A stretch of DNA of 53,424 nt, the filler included, from Stramenopiles sp. TOSAG23-2 (taxonomy: Eukaryota), in NCBI GenBank assembly GCA_900128395.1. It is 3 parts of 3 records of this genome, joined end to end, with 100 filler letters (N's around TTAATTAATTAA, not from the genome) between each part and the next. Parts side by side here need not be neighbours in the genome. Positions count along the whole stretch, not along the records: positions 17,890 to 35,611 come from LT649628.1; positions 35,712 to 53,424 come from LT649629.1; 1 more part is not named here. One strand, given 5' to 3'. Position numbers and translations under genes: made by a program. The notes below the pieces were generated by a model. It saw nothing but the letters and a program-made list of their open reading frames with translations, was not told the origin of the DNA and ran no database searches. Shown piece after piece: positions 28,477 through 38,623 of this stretch (position 1 is its first letter; every line of letters starts with the position of its first letter).

Positions 28477-30396
28477 TTAAATCTCACTGACAAACTCACT
28501 TAAATCATACCCACCTTGACTAATTTTATCTTCGGCAAATTTTTTAAAATCTTTATTTGTATTGTTTAAACCAAATTTATTACGTAATTTTGCACGCCTT
28601 GCACGATTTTGTATGATTTCTTTCTTTTTCTTTTTAATACGTGGTATAACCTTTGCATTTGTAAGGCCCATTCCTAACTGTTGTTTTCTATTATTCTTAT
28701 TGCTATTATTTTTCTTCTTATTTTTCTCTGCTAATCTTCGTGTTTCTTCCTCATCATGGTCATAATCCGAATCTGAATCTGAATCATCATATGAGCTTGT
28801 CTTCTTTTTCTTTTCAAGCAAAACAGCATTAGTAAATTCACAATGATAATATTTCAACCAATCACACCTATTATTTGTTAATTTCCTTAGATCAGCTTCT
28901 ACACCAGTTACTACAGGTTCTTCCATTTTCTTATTAAAACTTAAATCATCATCAATCTGTTTCGCTAATAATTCCAAACGTGATGCTCTACGTGACATTT
29001 CAACGGCTTCTTTCATCAATTCAGTCTTTCTAGGATCATTGTCTGGCAATGATAGTGCTTTTGCTTGTGTATACATTGCTTTTTTACCAATGCGTTTACT
29101 ACGTGCCAATGCTTTCTCAGGGCGCAATCTATTCCATTGTACGTTTAATTCTTCCTTTGGCTCATCATCGTCATCATCTTCATCCTCATCGCCACCACCT
29201 TCCTCTGGCTCCTCATTCATAATCTCTTGCATTCCATTCACAAATTCTTCAATGGAAACTTGTCCTGACTTATCTTGATCAATTTCTTGAAACAAAAGTT
29301 CAACGCAACGATCTGAGCCATCACCTAATACCCAACCATAATCTTCCATTTCTCTGATTACACCTTTGATTTCTTCAACATCAAGCTCACCACCACCATC
29401 TTCATCATGCGCTTCAAATAATTTACGCAAACGATACATTTGCCATGCTCCAATGTCATCCTTTGTTTTTGTTTCTTCAATTTTCTTAAAATTAATTGCT
29501 TTTGGCAAAACTGCGCTGACTAATTTATCACCAGATAATTCTTTTTGTTCCTCCATCGCTTCCATCGCTGCAGCATAATTTTCTCGAACTCGTTGCTCCT
29601 CAGCCTCTTTTTCCTCCCTATCAATACGCGCTAATTCACGATATAATATTTTCACAGTGCCAGATAATCCAGAATCATCTTCATCCTTATCAACTACTCC
29701 ACCACCCATACCACTCATTGCTTTGCTTTTTGATTTTGTATAAGATGAGCCACCATCATCAATAGAGTTACCACGACCATGGCTACTACGACCACCACGT
29801 TTTGATCCTGTATCATCACCCATTTTAGATCCATGAGCTGAACTACGTATTGATTCTGCTTTTGCACGTTTTTCTGCTCTTAAACGTTTCTGTTTCATTC
29901 GAGCAGACTGTTTGCGTTCCTCATCTGTAACAATATGACGATCTAACACATGGATAGATGGACATTCTGCTATGATACGCAATCGATAATTTGGTTCCTC
30001 CGCACATGGATTTTCCTGCAACTCCAAATATTCTAACGTATGTAACTTTGAGATACATTCAATTGCACTATTTAAATCTGTTATTTCATTATTATATAAA
30101 GCTAAACGTTTTAAAAATTTACATGGTAAACGTATGCCTTTCAAAGTTGTTAATTTATTACATTGTAAATATAGCTCTTTTAAACGGAAATTTTCCTCTA
30201 GGCCTCTTAATTCTTTGATATTATTATCGTTCAACCATAATACTTCCAAATTCACAAATACTTCAAAACCACGTAAAATATCAATTTTTCGTTTTCCTAA
30301 AAATATTTCTGTACAGTTTTTAATATATTTCGCATTTTGTATTGGTAATTCCGCAATTGGATTGGAATATATTGTTTTCTTTTTTTTCAAAGGCAT
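28477..30396 (-). CDS. LRRC72-like LRR protein with an EF-hand pair
   Basis: SDS22-type LRRs (FVNLEVLWLNDNNI, LKELYLQCNKL), LRRcap NPCAEEPNYRLRII...VLDRHIVT, EF-hand loops DEDGGGELDVEE and DQDKSGQVSIEE. Confidence 0.8.
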   Translation of the reverse strand: MPLKKKKTIYSNPIAELPIQNAKYIKNCTEIFLGKRKIDILRGFEVFVNLEVLWLNDNNIKELRGLEENFRLKELYLQCNKLTTLKGIRLPCKFLKRLALYNNEITDLNSAIECISKLHTLEYLELQENPCAEEPNYRLRIIAECPSIHVLDRHIVTDEERKQSARMKQKRLRAEKRAKAESIRSSAHGSKMGDDTGSKRGGRSSHGRGNSIDDGGSSYTKSKSKAMSGMGGGVVDKDEDDSGLSGTVKILYRELARIDREEKEAEEQRVRENYAAAMEAMEEQKELSGDKLVSAVLPKAINFKKIEETKTKDDIGAWQMYRLRKLFEAHDEDGGGELDVEEIKGVIREMEDYGWVLGDGSDRCVELLFQEIDQDKSGQVSIEEFVNGMQEIMNEEPEEGGGDEDEDDDDDEPKEELNVQWNRLRPEKALARSKRIGKKAMYTQAKALSLPDNDPRKTELMKEAVEMSRRASRLELLAKQIDDDLSFNKKMEEPVVTGVEADLRKLTNNRCDWLKYYHCEFTNAVLLEKKKKTSSYDDSDSDSDYDHDEEETRRLAEKNKKKNNSNKNNRKQQLGMGLTNAKVIPRIKKKKKEIIQNRARRAKLRNKFGLNNTNKDFKKFAEDKISQGGYDLSEFVSEI

Positions 30397-31148
30397 GATT
30401 TCTTATAACTATTAGTTATTTTTCTTATATGTATTATAATATTGAACCAGAATCTGTTTTGTTACTGTGTTCTTTCAATCTCTATATGTTACTTTCATCT
30501 CTCTTTATTATAGTAATAATAAATTGTAATCCAATAGAGAGTATATATATAATTTTTTTCTAACAGTAATAAAACGCATATTTGTGTTTAAGAGTGGTAG
30601 GGGTGTGACATATAGGCCAGATCTGATGTTAGACTATAGCTACTCTGGTTTTATACTCTGTATTTTATACACAGTAGCTTTTCGCGTGGTGCCGTGTTCG
30701 TGAGTCGTGAGGTGCACTGCTATAAGAATATCATAAACTACCAGGTATAGGCATCACATTACAGTATACACGGCGCGAATCGAGTGATGTGTGAAGATCT
30801 GCTGTGCTGTCCTGGCCCAGGGCTGGCTGTGTGAGAATGAAGCTACAGTTATTTTTTATAACATCAAATAGCATTAGCCAGCATTGAAACTAGTTAGTAT
30901 TTTTACCTTGATGGACACAACGTTGTAATTATATATCACATATATATATATTTAAATATAAACCAGGAAAAAAATACAATGAATAAATAGATAGATTATT
31001 AACATATACAAAGAAATCAATTTCATATCATTCATTTTGTGAACATCTGTATTTATTATTATTGATATTATTTAATCACATTTGCATTTGCGACTATTAG
31101 TTAGTTGCATAGTTGAATTTTTTATATTTAAAAAAAATTTAAACAACA

Positions 31149-33050
31149 ATGAGAAAAGGTACGAAATCAAAAAATCGGCGTATGACGTTAGGTCCAGTAT
31201 CTGATACACGTGTTAACAAAGTATCTGATTTTGCAAGTACGTTAAGGAATTCAGCTGGTCCAACATTGAATTTACGACAAAAGAAACGTGCATCGTTGAG
31301 TCGACAATCAGCAAATCGTCGAAAAAGTAAAGAACGTTCAAGAAACTCAACATCACGAACATCAGCATCACGTACGTCCGCATCTAGAAACTCACAGTCT
31401 AGGTCATCAAAAGGTAAAAGTGGCCGTAGACAATCAAGTGTCCATGGTTATGGTGGCAATGCAATAGTTGACCCAAGACCCATTAAAGACCATGAATTCA
31501 TGAATACAGAACAGCGTGTACTTATAGGATATTTAGTGGAAAAGAATTACGATCATCAAATATCCCCACGAACGTTGACTTCTCCAACTACTAAAGACTT
31601 TGAAAACATTTCTAGTTTTCTATTTCGTCAAATTGATAGTAACTTTAAATTTCAAAAATCGATGATAAACGAAGTACCATTAATGTTTAAAGGTTTACAT
31701 TACCCATTCAGTATCAGTAAAACTGCATTGAGTGCAGCTGGTAGTCCACACACATGGCCATACTTATTAGCATGTTTGACTTGGTTGATCGAATTGTTAA
31801 GTTACGATGAAGAATCAGAAAAATCCAAAGCTGAAAATAAAGTAGCAGAATTTGAATTTGATGCTGGTGGCAATTTAGTTTTTTTCGAATATTTAAGAGA
31901 AGCATATGGGTTCTTTTTAGCTGGGGATGATGAACATTATGAAAATTTGGAAAGTGAATTGGAAGAAAGGATTCAAGAGCAAAATAAAACATTCACAGCG
32001 GAAGTAGATAAAATTCAAGAGGAGAACGATATTTTGAAAAAAGAATTAGCAATATTAGAAAACAATGCAACTTCTGTACCTAAATTAAAATCGAAACAAA
32101 TGGATTTAAGAAGTGATTTGCAAAAATTTCGTAAATTAGTTTCACAATTAAGCGATCATATAAAAAATCAAGAGGAAAAATTATCACGCAGGCAAAGCGA
32201 TTTGAAGATACAAGAGGAGGAATTGAAGCAAGCTGAAAATGAGGCAAAAAAATTACGCTTAAAATTGAATTCGCAAGAATTAAGTGCTGAAGATGTGGAA
32301 AAAATGGCAAAGAGAAGAGAACAAGTTAAAAATCAAATATCAAGTCTTGAAGGTTTGATTGAAAAGAAAATTGGTAGTGTTAATGATGCGGAGGAAGATT
32401 TAAAAAATGGAATGAAACAATTATCTACCATGGTAAAAACATATAATGTCAAAGCATCTGAATTGAAAATGGTCCCAGCTAAAGCAAAAAATTCAGATGG
32501 TAAAGATTTAAAATTAGTTTTAAAAGAAAACGATGTGGAGATGATGAATATCAACCCAAAACATGTTGTGAAACCGATTTTAAAACGTTTACAAGATCAT
32601 TATAAAAGTAAAATGGAAGATGAAAAAGCTCAAGCAACTGAATTGGGTGGTATAGTGGAAGCAGGAAATACATTAAAAACTGAAAAATCCAATGAAGTGG
32701 AAGATTTAAAAGCACAAGCTGTTAAATTGGAAGAAAATTTAAAACGTGAAAAAGAAGCGATGGATTTATGTGTAAAGAAAGGACAAGAGGAAGCGGAGGA
32801 ATATGAATTACGTATCCATAAATTAAGACATGAGCCACATGCACATGTAGAAAGGTTACAAAGTGACTTGGTCGAAGCAAAAAGTATATATGAAGATACA
32901 GAAGCAAGTATACAACAACAGCGTAGCAGATTAGCAGCACATATTGAAAGTTGTTTGAATAATATTACAAATCACAAATTTTATTTTGAAAATAAATTAA
33001 CAGAAACACTTGAACAAATGAATATGAAAAAAAATTCATTGTTGTTGTGA
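31149..33050 (+). CDS. NDC80: Kinetochore protein NDC80/HEC1
   Basis: Basic disordered tail, DPRPIKD, PTTKDF..I..FLFRQID, LHYPFSISKTALSAAGSPHTWPYLLACLTWL, then a long coiled coil. Confidence 0.95.
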   Translation: MRKGTKSKNRRMTLGPVSDTRVNKVSDFASTLRNSAGPTLNLRQKKRASLSRQSANRRKSKERSRNSTSRTSASRTSASRNSQSRSSKGKSGRRQSSVHGYGGNAIVDPRPIKDHEFMNTEQRVLIGYLVEKNYDHQISPRTLTSPTTKDFENISSFLFRQIDSNFKFQKSMINEVPLMFKGLHYPFSISKTALSAAGSPHTWPYLLACLTWLIELLSYDEESEKSKAENKVAEFEFDAGGNLVFFEYLREAYGFFLAGDDEHYENLESELEERIQEQNKTFTAEVDKIQEENDILKKELAILENNATSVPKLKSKQMDLRSDLQKFRKLVSQLSDHIKNQEEKLSRRQSDLKIQEEELKQAENEAKKLRLKLNSQELSAEDVEKMAKRREQVKNQISSLEGLIEKKIGSVNDAEEDLKNGMKQLSTMVKTYNVKASELKMVPAKAKNSDGKDLKLVLKENDVEMMNINPKHVVKPILKRLQDHYKSKMEDEKAQATELGGIVEAGNTLKTEKSNEVEDLKAQAVKLEENLKREKEAMDLCVKKGQEEAEEYELRIHKLRHEPHAHVERLQSDLVEAKSIYEDTEASIQQQRSRLAAHIESCLNNITNHKFYFENKLTETLEQMNMKKNSLLL

Positions 33051-33446
33051 AATGGTTTTTACATTTAATGATTTTTAAAAAAAATATTTTATATTATTTA
33101 TTTTGGATCTATGATATATATGTAATATCGAGATACAGTATATATATTATCATATTCGTATTGTAGTGTACGACTTGTATAATATATCAAATATCATACG
33201 TACGAACCCGTATCATATATCGATACATGATACGAAGTATTTGATATTTTATGTATGTACATCATGTGTGTGTGTCACGACGAACGAAACTACACTAGCA
33301 GCGGGAGAGAGTGACTGTGATGTATGTATGTGTTAAAAAGTGGAATAATATTAATACTCGTAAGTCATATTTCCGTTTTATTCGTATTTTTTCACATCGT
33401 CGTATATACTCTCGTACAATTCAACGTCGTACTACGTACGTACCAC

Positions 33447-33758
33447 TTAGCTTCGATTCAAAACTTTATAAACTTGTAATAATAATTCATTCCCATCATT
33501 TTTTCTAATATGCCATTCATTACGTCTACCTAGTTCTTCAATTATTCTTAATTTTCTTAAATAATTATTTCTTTCATGCATTAATGCTAACTGGGAACAA
33601 CGAAGAAAATGCTGTCTTTCTCTACAATGTTTACTAACTTCTACCCCCTTTTGCAAACGTTCTAATGCATGTTTAATAGCTCTTGGTAACGTTTTTACAG
33701 GAGCATACATTTCACATATTAAATTAGCATCATTTTCTAATTGTTGTAATCTACTCAT
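33447..33758 (-). CDS. Small protein with an EB1 C-terminal (EBH)-like motif
   Basis: ERNNYLRKLRIIEEL...LLLQVYKVL resembles EB1 ERDFYF.KLR.IE...I..IL; no CH domain in the ORF. Confidence 0.55.
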   Translation of the reverse strand: MSRLQQLENDANLICEMYAPVKTLPRAIKHALERLQKGVEVSKHCRERQHFLRCSQLALMHERNNYLRKLRIIEELGRRNEWHIRKNDGNELLLQVYKVLNRS

Positions 33759-34281
33759 AATAATATTATGTTATTTCTTACCAGATAATTTTATGTATAC
33801 CAGTCAATCCTTCACATTTGTTTTAATGAAAAGGGCATATAGTTCGAGTATTTCTTTTATACAAATATGTGCCCGTCTCGTTCTATCGTCTCGTATATCT
33901 ATCTACAGTATCTATAAAGATGTTATATCGTCCGTGTGTGTTTGTCATAATTTATTTTTCACTCAGCATTAATTCAATAATATCAACAACAAAAGAAGAG
34001 GCGTAGGCCCAAAGGAGGAGGAGCAACCAGATATCTAAATCAAAAGAACTGTACCAGGTAGTATACTTTATCCTTGTATCCTTCTATATAATATATAATA
34101 AATAGTGGAATTTCAAAAAAATTTCAAAACGCCGCGATTAATTTAATAAAGACTAATAGTATACTAATTTGTGTATATATGTTGGTTGATGTACGTACGA
34201 GTAATATGTTATCTCATAAAAATATTTTCGTCGGTAAAAAGTACGTAAAAATATCATTTTTATTGAATTAAATGCATAAGA

Positions 34282-34361
34282 CATAACTTATTTTTTAATT
34301 TACTCATGATAATTCCTACTCTCCAGAAAGAATACAATAACTGAGACAAATCTATCTCACT
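34282..34361 (+). repeat. Dispersed repeat family, copy F
   Basis: ttttttaatttactcatgataattcctactctccagaaagaatacaataactgagacaaatctatctcac matches copies A and C on another contig. Confidence 0.8.
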
Positions 34362-34541
34362 AAACTGAAAGATGGACAATGAATCGTAACATTGCGATAG
34401 AGTTCATTGAAATCCACAGAGTGTGGCAATATTTTTAAAGATGTAAAAACATTGGTGGAGGTAAATAGATGCAATTAACACATTTTTATTAATATATATA
34501 TAATCTCATATACGTACATATTTAAAAAATCTATTTTAATC

Positions 34542-35579
34542 TCATGGAGACGGTGTTAATATTTTACATTTATTGATATCACTCCCTTTACCCCATCGTA
34601 AACTTCCATTGGAACCAGACGGTGTTAATATTTTACATTTATTGATATCAGTTCCTTGTCCCCATCGTAAACTACCATTGGAACCACCACCTTTTATAGT
34701 AAGCTTTTCAACACTTATTTTACAACCGCCATTTAAATTTGGTTTACCTTGTTCAACAACACCAGGTATTCCCGTCATACAAGCATCGTATCCACCATCA
34801 CCTGCAACTCCATTCCAAATATCGCTAACAAGAGTCCATAGACAATCGCCACCATTGCTACAACCACCAGAACCATAAATATTTTGTGGATTTGTATTTG
34901 GATTACACCAACATGAAAATGATTGATTGCCTTGCATACAATCGTTGCAATCTGTGTAAATTGGACGTTTACATTGTCCATCGACATTTGATTTCGCTTC
35001 CTGTGAAGTACAAATACTTGTTGTGACTATTCCAGCTGCATCTTTTCGCACAGTGACATGTCCATTAGAATTGTCTATTGAAAATGTTGCATTGTTAACT
35101 CTTACTTGATGTCCACCACCAGCATAATTCAAATGTATTGCATCACGAGTGCAGAATTCCAACGAATCTATTTCACCACTACCTGGTCCCCATTGCCAAG
35201 TATCTGGTGTAAGCCAAAGGGGAGCTGCCCAAACACCTAAACAGTTTTCAATTGCAAAATCATAGTCTAAAGATATAAAATCATGCATTGATATTTTGCA
35301 ATCAAATGCTTTTGCTACTAAACACTCAGCTTTTCCACTTGTAGTTTCCAAACGAATGGATGTAGGATCATTTTCACACATTTGAGGCCGTGTACCTAAG
35401 TCATTAGTCCCACCATTAGAACTTTTGCAGCTTGGTGCTGTTCCAATGGATACATCGTACACCCAGTTATTAGAAGTTGTTTTGACAGGATTGCATACAG
35501 TACTTGTTGATGCATATGCTGGTGATGACATTAAAATTATCATCATCATCAACATGGATACGTTAAAGCCTAATGCCAT
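34542..35579 (-). CDS. Secreted Cys-rich glycoside hydrolase, GH16-like (clan B)
   Basis: Signal-like MALGFNVSMLMMMIILMSSPAYA; WAAPLWL...GSGEIDSLE contains the ExDxxE catalytic motif. Start codon is uncertain because it is near the contig end. Confidence 0.65.
   Translation of the reverse strand: MALGFNVSMLMMMIILMSSPAYASTSTVCNPVKTTSNNWVYDVSIGTAPSCKSSNGGTNDLGTRPQMCENDPTSIRLETTSGKAECLVAKAFDCKISMHDFISLDYDFAIENCLGVWAAPLWLTPDTWQWGPGSGEIDSLEFCTRDAIHLNYAGGGHQVRVNNATFSIDNSNGHVTVRKDAAGIVTTSICTSQEAKSNVDGQCKRPIYTDCNDCMQGNQSFSCWCNPNTNPQNIYGSGGCSNGGDCLWTLVSDIWNGVAGDGGYDACMTGIPGVVEQGKPNLNGGCKISVEKLTIKGGGSNGSLRWGQGTDINKCKILTPSGSNGSLRWGKGSDINKCKILTPSP
34548..34685. repeat. 69-bp in-frame tandem duplication at the C-terminus of the GH16-like gene
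   Basis: GSNGSLRWGQGTDINKCKILTPS followed by GSNGSLRWGKGSDINKCKILTPS. Confidence 0.9.
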
Positions 35580-35611
35580 AATATTGTTAAACATATATTC
35601 TTTTACCAATC

Positions 35612-35711
35612 NNNNNNNNNNNNNNNNNNNNNNNNNNNNNNNNNNNNNNNNNNNNTTAATTAATTAANNNNNNNNNNNNNNNNNNNNNNNNNNNNNNNNN
35701 NNNNNNNNNNN
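35612..35711. other. Artificial contig spacer
   Basis: 44 N + TTAATTAATTAA + 44 N. Confidence 0.98.
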
Positions 35712-36116
35712 ATATTGTGTCTTTTCTTTTTGTTTTGTTTATTCTTATTAATAGATATCTAAATATCAGTATTCTCATTCATTCATTATTTAGAATTATA
35801 ATTATTGTTTTGTTTATGTTGGGTGTTGTTGTTGGGGTGTGTCGTGGTTTACAAGAAGTTCGAAGGTTTTTGTTTTATTAAGGGATCCAGGCAGGACCTA
35901 TTAAAAAACTAATTTAAGGGAGTTTAAAAAACCTTGTACACCACACTCCCGCCGGGGAAAACGAAAAAGGTCACACCTCACACTCCTCATCACCAAAAAA
36001 AAGCACAAAAGCACAACTAAAAGTAACCGTTTAAAAATTATATTTTTATGTACACATTTTAAGATTGGTAATTACAAACCGAAAGAAATACAAAATACAT
36101 ATCGTACTACTAATAC

Positions 36117-36150
<34 letters not shown>

Positions 36151-36177
36151 ATTATATCTTAAAAATAAAATTAATAA

Positions 36178-37574
36178 ATGGATCATGATATTGAAGAGAT
36201 AGATGCAGATGGTAATATTATTGGAATTGGAGAAGAGACCATACCAAATACCGAACCAACACCTGCGCCACACATTACAGAGTTCTTCTTTGAGGAAATT
36301 AGAGAATTGTCTCAAAAAAAAGTGTTTCAAGATGTTACAAAGGATATAGTTGGTGGTGATCCAAACAAGTTACATCTCCCTCCCGATATAGCTACTTCTG
36401 ATAAAACTGGGCATATGAAACCTATTTCAAGAGAACCACAAAAAAAATTAAAAAAATTTTTAAAAGACGTAAGATTATTAGAACCGCATAAGATACCAAG
36501 AGTAAAAATGGGTGGTAATGGTATGGTCGAATTAAAAGCATGTTGCGCAACAGAAGTTTTAAAAAATGATTTAGAAATTGAGTATTTAGATGAAAGACAA
36601 GATGAACTAGACATCTTATGTCGACAAAAATCTCTAGAGCTCTATCACGAGACTGGAAATTTCATGGTTGATGATGCTATGAAAGTTGCATCAAAACGGC
36701 AAAAACTAGATCAACTTCGATATGTCACGGAAATGGAAGAATATATACCAAGTATTCAATGTGTTTGTGCGAAAAGAGGAGAATGCAGTGGTTTAGGCAG
36801 CAAAGAACATACAACTACAGAAAAGTACAACCAGCAAATTAACCCACTACTTGAACGGCAAAAATTGCTTTTCAAAGCAAAAAAAGCTGATAATATAACA
36901 TTTAAAAGTATGAAAATAAAAGATCTGGACAATAATTTGATGAGTTTATCCGACATAGATAAAGAACTAGGAAGATTACAAAAAGGAATAGATAAATTAC
37001 AGATGGGACTTAGATGCGACTGCACGTGTTTCTTCTGTTTAGAGGATAGAAAACATCGAGATTGTGACTGTTCAAAATTTGAAAGAAGAGACAAAGCACG
37101 CCAGATTATACCACATTATAAACCTAAAGTCCATGCAAAATGTAAATGCGAGGAACAAGCTCAAAGAGAAAAATTTGAAAATAAAAATAGAAATCGGCTT
37201 GCGTCTAGTAAGTATTTTCTCAAGAAAATCTTGAAAATAAATACATATTTTAAATTAATATTAAACGATTTACATGACTAACACTTAATAAAAATAAAAC
37301 CAAAAATTTAATTTATTTTCCCACTATAGGTTGTTCTATACGAGGTTGTAGCTGTTGTTGTGGTTATTGTTTATTGATGAAATCGAATTATATGAAAATG
37401 AGTTCAAATTCAACTTCGCTTTATTGTCCTTGCATCGGTCTAAGAGCTAATCAAAATGATGGAAGTCCATTATGCAATCATAGTGAAGACAATCCATGTC
37501 CTTGTACGTGTTTATTTTGCTCATCAGAAAAATCGCTATTAGGTTACTGCCCTAGCGCCAGGCATTATGTATAA
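36178..37574 (+). CDS. Cys-cluster protein of unknown function; join(36178..37207,37330..37574), 424 aa
   Basis: A GTAAGT...GACTAAC...TAG intron (37208-37329) joins ORF 36178 in frame to ORF 37374. Repeated CxCxCxxC motifs. Confidence 0.75.
37208..37329 (+). other. 122-nt spliceosomal intron, phase 1
   Basis: GTAAGT donor, ACTAAC branch point near 37277, ttttcccactatAG acceptor; removal restores the reading frame. Confidence 0.8.
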
Positions 37575-37633
37575 AGTATATAAAATTCCTTCTATTCAAA
37601 ATGTGTTGAATTACGAGAAATGATAATTTTTTT

Positions 37634-38551
37634 TTATTTTTTTTTAACATTTCTTTGTCTTCGTCTCCTAAAATATTTTTGTATACGTAAGACACCTCTT
37701 AGCCCACTTGGTTTTTCACTTTCACCACCATGTTGTTGAACATAAATAGTCCAAGCGTTTGGTTCTTCCCATTGCGTAGCTCCACTATATTGTTCATAAA
37801 AATAATATGCTTGATGTGCCTCATCCCACATTCGAAACCATACCTCAGATTCATAATGTTCTGCACCTAAACCAGTATCCCCATCATCCAACACAGCATT
37901 TTCCCACCAGTCGTTTAAACTATTTTGCCATTCTGTTAAATATGCTGTTTGTTCCTCTTTATAGTTTTCAAGTTGAGACGAATAATTGGTATAATACTCT
38001 TCCAAATCTTTGGAATATTTTAATACATCTTTATTATAAGCATCTTGTCTTTCTTGCCATAATCTTGCTCTCTCTTTCCATTCTTCAAGAGACCTTTGTA
38101 TCTCTGTTGCAGAAGAAAAATGTGAGAGAACTGGTGGCCGCGGAGGCTGATCGAAGTCTATTTCTACGGATTGATTTACATTATCATTTACAGAACCGTT
38201 ATTATAATTATTTACATAATCGCCGGAGTTTTGATGATTGTTATTATATCCAACGGTCTCGATATTTTCTCTACATAAAGGACATACGATTAATTTAGAA
38301 GCACAATATATACATAAACTGCTGTGTCTACATGGATATAAAATAGCAGTTGGATAGCTATCATAACAAATAATACAAAGATTGTCGTCATGACCACTTC
38401 CAGCAGTATTATTACCAGCCAAATATTTAGTTTCCTCGATTGCTTGAATTGCTTGATTTCGAGAGTGTGTTTTCGAGTGGACACGGAGATGTATAGCATT
38501 TTTAAACGATCGTATACATACAGGGCAAATGAATTCCTCTTGTGCTTCCAT
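37634..38551 (-). CDS. C2H2 zinc finger + RING + WW + IQ-like protein (putative E3 ubiquitin ligase)
   Basis: Likely start MEAQEEF at 38551. CPVC..F....HL..H...H; CIICYD...PCRHSSLCIYC...CPLCR; W..MWD....YYFYEQYSGATQWEEP; IQKYFRRRRQR. Confidence 0.85.
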   Translation of the reverse strand: MEAQEEFICPVCIRSFKNAIHLRVHSKTHSRNQAIQAIEETKYLAGNNTAGSGHDDNLCIICYDSYPTAILYPCRHSSLCIYCASKLIVCPLCRENIETVGYNNNHQNSGDYVNNYNNGSVNDNVNQSVEIDFDQPPRPPVLSHFSSATEIQRSLEEWKERARLWQERQDAYNKDVLKYSKDLEEYYTNYSSQLENYKEEQTAYLTEWQNSLNDWWENAVLDDGDTGLGAEHYESEVWFRMWDEAHQAYYFYEQYSGATQWEEPNAWTIYVQQHGGESEKPSGLRGVLRIQKYFRRRRQRNVKKK

Positions 38552-38623
38552 GATTAACAGAATTAAAGCTAAACGTAAACGGCGACGATGGATTGATGTA
38601 AAGTCCTTTTCAGAATTGAAAAG

